64,000 nucleotides of DNA from Candidatus Latescibacterota bacterium (GTDB lineage Bacteria; Latescibacterota; UBA2968; UBA8231), in NCBI GenBank assembly GCA_965261395.1, contig OZ253462.1, positions 2,272,001 to 2,336,000 of the forward strand, read 5' to 3'. The position numbers and the translations under genes are program-made. Positions within the stretch are counted from its first letter, which is position 1. Every line of letters begins with the position of its first letter. This document shows, in pieces, positions 59,582 to 64,000 of this stretch. The notes below the pieces were generated by a model. It searched no databases. It was not told the origin of the DNA and saw nothing but the letters and a program-made list of their open reading frames with translations.

Positions 59582-61070
59582 GGCCGTAGAGCGCTCCGAA
59601 CTTCTCCTGCAAATAGGCGATGAAGTAATCGGCACTCAGCTTCGCGCCCGTCACCTCCTCGACCAATTCGCTGGCCGTCGCCCGTGAGCCACGGGTGTGG
59701 ATTTTCTCGTTGAGCCAAGTTTTGAGCGGCTCGAGTACGCCCTGCGCGATCTGTGCTTCGAGGTCGGGTAAGTCTTGGTGGGCTTGGTGAAAAAACTGGG
59801 CCGCGTACAAGTTGCCTAGCGCGTAGGTAGGGAAATAGCCCATCAGGCCGCAAGACCAGTGAATGTCTTGCAGCACGCCGCGAGCGTCGTCGGGCGGGCG
59901 GATGCCCAAGTATTGCTCCATCCGCTCGTTCCACACCGCGGGCAATTCAGCCACGGCAACCCGCTCCTCAATCAGGTCGCACTCCAGTTCAAAACGCAGC
60001 AGGATGTGGAGGTTGTACGTCACCTCGTCGGCCTCGACCCGGATCAGCGACGGCTCGACTTGATTGACCGCTGCGTAAAAGGCGTCTAGATCGACCGCGC
60101 TGAACTGCTGGGGAAAAAGCGCTCGTAGCTTGGGCAGGTAATGAGTCCAAAAGGCTTTGCTGCGGCCGACCATGTTCTCCCATAGCCGTGACTGCGACTC
60201 GTGGATCCCCAGCGAAATGCTCGCGCCGGCCGGGGTGCCGCTGGCGGCGGCGGGCAGACCCTGTTCGTACAGTCCGTGCCCGCCCTCGTGGATGGTGCCG
60301 AAAAGCGAGCCGGGCAGCCAATCGGCACTGTAGCGCGTCGTTAGCCGCACATCGTCGCGGGACGTGCCCGAGCAAAACGGATGCACCGCCAAGTCGAGCC
60401 GTCCGGCCTGCATGTCGAAGCCCATGTCCGCCAGCACCTGCCGTCCCAAAAGCTCCTGTTGCTCGATGGGGTATTCCTGGTCGAGTACGCCCCGCGCCGG
60501 GTACTGCCCGGTGGCGGCGATCTGCTCGACTAGCGGCACGAGCTGGGCTTTGAGTTGGGCAAAGACTGGGGCGATCTCCTCGGCCCGCGCATAAGGCTCG
60601 TACTCGTCGAGCAGCGCGTTGTACATCGCGCCTTCGTAGCCGACCCGCTCGGCCACTTCCCTTTTGAGCGCGATTATTTTTTCTAACCAAGGCTGGAAGA
60701 GGGCAAAGTCCGATTTTTTTCGCGCCTCGACCCAAGCCTCGTGTCCCAAGGACTCGGTCTGGCTCAGCTCGACGACTAGCTCTTTGGGCAACTTGAGCGA
60801 CCGGCTCTGCTGGCGGTCAATTTCGCGGACGTTGACGGCCGCGTCGCCTGTTAGCTCGGCATCCTTGAGGTCGGCTACGAGTGCTACGAGTTCCGGTGCG
60901 GTGAGCCGCTCGTGGTACAGACCGGCCAAGGTCCCCAACGATCTAGCCCGCATGGCCGCGCCCCGCGGCGGCATATAGGTCTCTTGGTCCCAGCTCATCA
61001 GCCCTTGCGCGTGGCTTAGATCGGCCAGCTCGTGGAGGCGTTCTACAAAGGTTTCATACGTTTTGCTCAT
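59571..61070 (-). CDS. Carboxypeptidase M32 (Taq-type)
   Basis: HPF, DVRLTT, HEGGH, HESQ, IRVEAD, QDIHW, GYFPTY. Confidence 0.95.
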   Translation of the reverse strand: MSKTYETFVERLHELADLSHAQGLMSWDQETYMPPRGAAMRARSLGTLAGLYHERLTAPELVALVADLKDAELTGDAAVNVREIDRQQSRSLKLPKELVVELSQTESLGHEAWVEARKKSDFALFQPWLEKIIALKREVAERVGYEGAMYNALLDEYEPYARAEEIAPVFAQLKAQLVPLVEQIAATGQYPARGVLDQEYPIEQQELLGRQVLADMGFDMQAGRLDLAVHPFCSGTSRDDVRLTTRYSADWLPGSLFGTIHEGGHGLYEQGLPAAASGTPAGASISLGIHESQSRLWENMVGRSKAFWTHYLPKLRALFPQQFSAVDLDAFYAAVNQVEPSLIRVEADEVTYNLHILLRFELECDLIEERVAVAELPAVWNERMEQYLGIRPPDDARGVLQDIHWSCGLMGYFPTYALGNLYAAQFFHQAHQDLPDLEAQIAQGVLEPLKTWLNEKIHTRGSRATASELVEEVTGAKLSADYFIAYLQEKFGALYGLSR

Positions 61071-61176
61071 GGCGTTGCCTTTCCTTGGATTGGATTAAAT
61101 TAATGGTTGCTCGTCTGCGAATTTTTGCGTGTCTTCTGTCCATTCGCCTGTGACCCCATCATCCGCGGAGGCTCCC

Positions 61177-62406
61177 ATGAAGATCACCCACGCTGAAGCC
61201 ATTGCCCTCAACATCCCCTTCTATGCCGAGCACGTCACTCGCGCCATGCAGCGCGCCTCGACCCACGACGAGCGCGTGTGGGTCGTGCGCTTGGAGACGG
61301 ACAACGGCCTCGTGGGCTGGGCCGACAACCACGGCCAGCCATCGGTCGATGGCCTCGTCGGGCAAAACCCAGCCAGCCTGATAAACCGCGACGATATTGG
61401 CTTTGGCCCGCAAGTCGCCTGTCTCGACCTAGTGGGCCAAGACAACGGCGTGCCCGTACACGAGCTGCTCGGCGTCAAGCTCCGCGACCGCTGCCCCATA
61501 TCTTGGTGGGACATAGATATGCCGCCCCAAGACTGGGTCGCCGAGGCCGAGGAATCGCTAAAGCGCGGGTACACCTGCATTAAGATGAAGGCCCGCCCTT
61601 GGCGCGACATCATCGCCCAAACTGATGCAGTCGCCAAGGTCGTCCCGGCCGATTACAAATTCGACGTGGACTTCAACGGCTTCTTGCTCAACCAAGCTAA
61701 GGCCGAAATCATCCTGCAAAAACTCGACGAAAACCCCAATGTCGGCATGTACGAAAGCCCGTTTTACTTGCACTCGGACGTAGATGGCGCGCGGATTTTG
61801 CGCGAGCGGGTGCGCAAACCCATTGTCGAGCACTACCAAGACCAATATCTGCGCAACAACTGCTGCGATGGTTTCGTCATCGGCAGCGGCGCGACTGAGA
61901 CCCGGCGGGCGGCAACCCTCGCGGCCGCCCACAACAAGCCCTTTTGGCTCCAGCTCGTCGGCGCTGGCTTAACCACTGCTTATGCGGCGCACCTCGGCTC
62001 GGTACTCTCGCACGCCCAACTGCCCTATATCACCTGCCACGAGCTGTGGGAGGACGACCTGCTGCAAGAGCCTATCGAGGTTCGCGATGGCTATATGCCG
62101 GTTCCAGACGCGCCCGGCTTGGGCGTTTCCGTGGATGAAGAGGCGATTGCAAAGTACCGAGTGGATCCCGCAGAGCCTACGCCCACGCACCGCTACATGG
62201 CCCAAAAGCGGATTCTCCGCGTGTACTGGCCGGGTGACGGCAAAGAGCGAGAGTGGGAATTTACCGCTGAAGACCGCTATCAGCGGGCCTTCTATGCCGG
62301 CAACATTCCCGGCTTTGAGCAAGGCGTCGATTTGGAGGTGATTGAGGACGACAACAGCGCGGCCTTCCAAAAGCGACACGAGGCTCTGGTGGCGCAAGAG
62401 CGCTAG
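61177..62406 (+). CDS. Mandelate racemase/enolase superfamily protein
   Basis: KMKARPW, DFN, YESP, PDAPGLG; GGAGG SD. Confidence 0.85.
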   Translation: MKITHAEAIALNIPFYAEHVTRAMQRASTHDERVWVVRLETDNGLVGWADNHGQPSVDGLVGQNPASLINRDDIGFGPQVACLDLVGQDNGVPVHELLGVKLRDRCPISWWDIDMPPQDWVAEAEESLKRGYTCIKMKARPWRDIIAQTDAVAKVVPADYKFDVDFNGFLLNQAKAEIILQKLDENPNVGMYESPFYLHSDVDGARILRERVRKPIVEHYQDQYLRNNCCDGFVIGSGATETRRAATLAAAHNKPFWLQLVGAGLTTAYAAHLGSVLSHAQLPYITCHELWEDDLLQEPIEVRDGYMPVPDAPGLGVSVDEEAIAKYRVDPAEPTPTHRYMAQKRILRVYWPGDGKEREWEFTAEDRYQRAFYAGNIPGFEQGVDLEVIEDDNSAAFQKRHEALVAQER

Positions 62407-63413
62407 TCCCGCTGCTGAGCGATGGCCTCGTAATCCGTCAGTGCATAGCCGATGCCCACGTAATCGAGCAGGTTGAGCAGCGCCCGCAGCGCGACCCCAA
62501 ACCCATCGACGCCGCTGAAGCCGCCAAACTGTCCGCCGCCCTTTAGGTGCGGCTCTAGGTCGAGGAACACGCCGGGAACTCCCTTCTGCTTCAGCTCGTG
62601 CTCCAAGGCCGGGATGCGGGTGCGGAAGTCGCGCAATATGGCTTCGTGCCCGGAGCCGCCTCGGTCAGCGGGCACAAAGTTTTTGAGCCGCTCCTCGTCC
62701 ACGACACCCTCCCATTGGAGAGCTGGGTCAATCTTGTAGTCCTTGATGTGCATCCAGCCAATCCCCTCGCGCATCGCATGATACTCGGCTAAGGTTTCGA
62801 CCGGAGTGAAGTTTTGGCTCGACAGATTGCCGCCGTCGAAAATCAGGCACAGGTTGGGGTGGTCCACCATCTCGTAGAGCTTTTGCAGCAGCCGCCCGTT
62901 CTGACCGACGAGGTTGGCCTCGACCTCTAAGCCAAAAATGGCCCCGCCCCGGCTGCAGACCTCGGCGATTTGCGCCAGCCGCTCGGCCGCCGGCTCCACG
63001 TAATTGGCTGGGTCCTCGCCCTGAGGATGGTAAAACGAGAACCCGCGAATTAGCCGCGTCTCGAACTCGCCGGCTAGATCCACGGCCCGCTGCACGTCCT
63101 GTTGCAAGTACTGGTCGAATGGGATGTAGGCATTGGCTGAGCCGTCTTCCACATCAAGCAGCTTGACCTTGCCAATCGGCGAGCCGATCGAGGCTATTGC
63201 AATCCCGAATTCGCCGTGCAATTGGCGCAGCCGCGCTATCTCGGGCTGCGTTAGCTGCATCGCGTTTTTGACGCCCTGCCCCACATCGACAAAGCGCAAG
63301 CTGTAGTGCGACATGCCCAGCGTCGCGAGCATGGTTAGCTGGGCTTCGGCCTTTTTGTCCGCCGGCCCCTCGTCGGCAAAGCCGCTGATGATCACCTTGG
63401 GTGTTTCGCTCAT
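62403..63413 (-). CDS. Sugar phosphate isomerase/epimerase (TIM barrel)
   Basis: ISGFADE, GSPIGK, IRGFSFY, FDGGN, MHIKD, LEPHL. Confidence 0.85.
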   Translation of the reverse strand: MSETPKVIISGFADEGPADKKAEAQLTMLATLGMSHYSLRFVDVGQGVKNAMQLTQPEIARLRQLHGEFGIAIASIGSPIGKVKLLDVEDGSANAYIPFDQYLQQDVQRAVDLAGEFETRLIRGFSFYHPQGEDPANYVEPAAERLAQIAEVCSRGGAIFGLEVEANLVGQNGRLLQKLYEMVDHPNLCLIFDGGNLSSQNFTPVETLAEYHAMREGIGWMHIKDYKIDPALQWEGVVDEERLKNFVPADRGGSGHEAILRDFRTRIPALEHELKQKGVPGVFLDLEPHLKGGGQFGGFSGVDGFGVALRALLNLLDYVGIGYALTDYEAIAQQRD

Positions 63414-63524
63414 AAGGCTCTCCTAAGATTTTCCTAAGTATAGAGTTTGGACAAACCTTGACAAAACGCGCCCTCGCTGCTGTCTTAGGGCGTCCTGCCG
63501 ACTCAATTACAGAAGAAACTAAGA

Positions 63525-64000
63525 GTCAACCACCGCCCCCTGAAGGAGGCGACTTGTCCCTAGCTCACCCGGCCGCCGCAGCGGTAGGCAGGCCGAAACT
63601 ATAGGCTCGTTGACACAGAGCCCTGGCTCGGATATTCCGAGCCGCGTTGATATCGGCATGGGCTTGCTGCCCACACCGACGACAACAAAACCGAGATTGA
63701 GATAAGCGATTGGCCCGCTCGACATGACCACACTCGGCACACCTCTGACTAGTATGCTTGGGATCGACCATCTCGACCGACATGCCAGCGACTTGCGCCT
63801 TGTAGGCGATAAACTGCCTCAGTTGGTCAAAAGCCCATCCCGTCATGCGAGCGCGTTGAGGCTTGCGAAACCGGATGCTATCCCGGATACCCTTGAGGTC
63901 TTCGAGGGCAATACCCCGGATAGTGCCTTTAGCCTGCTCAACGATGCGCTTGGAGAGGACGTGATTGGTATTTCTACGGAAGTTGGCTTCTTTGCGCGCG
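63525..64000 (-). mobile_element. IS200/IS605-type element, right end (partial)
   Basis: tnpB followed by the subterminal hairpin CGCCTCCTTCAGGGGGCG and a terminal GGTTGAC. Confidence 0.8.
63565..63999 (-). CDS. tnpB: TnpB RNA-guided nuclease, C-terminal part
   Basis: ALEDL (RuvC II), TSQRCAECG...CRRCG zinc finger, HADINAARNI (RuvC III). Confidence 0.93.
   Translation of the reverse strand, partial: ARKEANFRRNTNHVLSKRIVEQAKGTIRGIALEDLKGIRDSIRFRKPQRARMTGWAFDQLRQFIAYKAQVAGMSVEMVDPKHTSQRCAECGHVERANRLSQSRFCCRRCGQQAHADINAARNIRARALCQRAYSFGLPTAAAAG

Noticed and set aside
1-64000. CRISPR array, tRNA or rRNA genes, prophage
   Set aside because: No regularly spaced repeats, RNA-gene signatures or phage structural genes were seen.

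Overview
A GC-rich bacterial chromosome segment. The gene content (tandem secreted proteins with C-terminal FlgD-type Ig domains, DUF4159- and DUF6785-like proteins, several sulfatases, enolase-family and TIM-barrel sugar enzymes) suggests a Latescibacterota-like candidate-phylum organism; this is inference only. Housekeeping and metabolic genes (proS, thrS, serC, glcD/glcF, pepA, M32 and M19 peptidases, dCMP deaminase, peroxiredoxin) are interleaved with accessory DNA. (1) A ~9.7 kb defence island (~4950-14690) carries an operon for an MBL-fold protein ending in Gly, an E2-E1-JAB fusion and a patatin phospholipase, with no cyclase or ubiquitin-like gene. It also holds a divergent HTH-M78 peptidase/PIN pair and an IS903-type-disrupted RxxxxH protein. 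(2) A two-gene membrane/vWA module. (3) An ssb gene split by a group IIA intron whose RT is itself split by an IS just after YADD, downstream of an operon of unannotated micro-ORFs. (4) An AT-rich Sir2/SEC-C gene inserted at the 3' end of serC, leaving a displaced copy of that end. (5) MntA/HepT, DUF433 and Uma2 modules and a partial tnpB element. A Thr-rich leader peptide with a terminator upstream of thrS is a ribosome-dependent attenuator missed by the ORF track. Family assignments come from motif recognition by eye; no searches were run.
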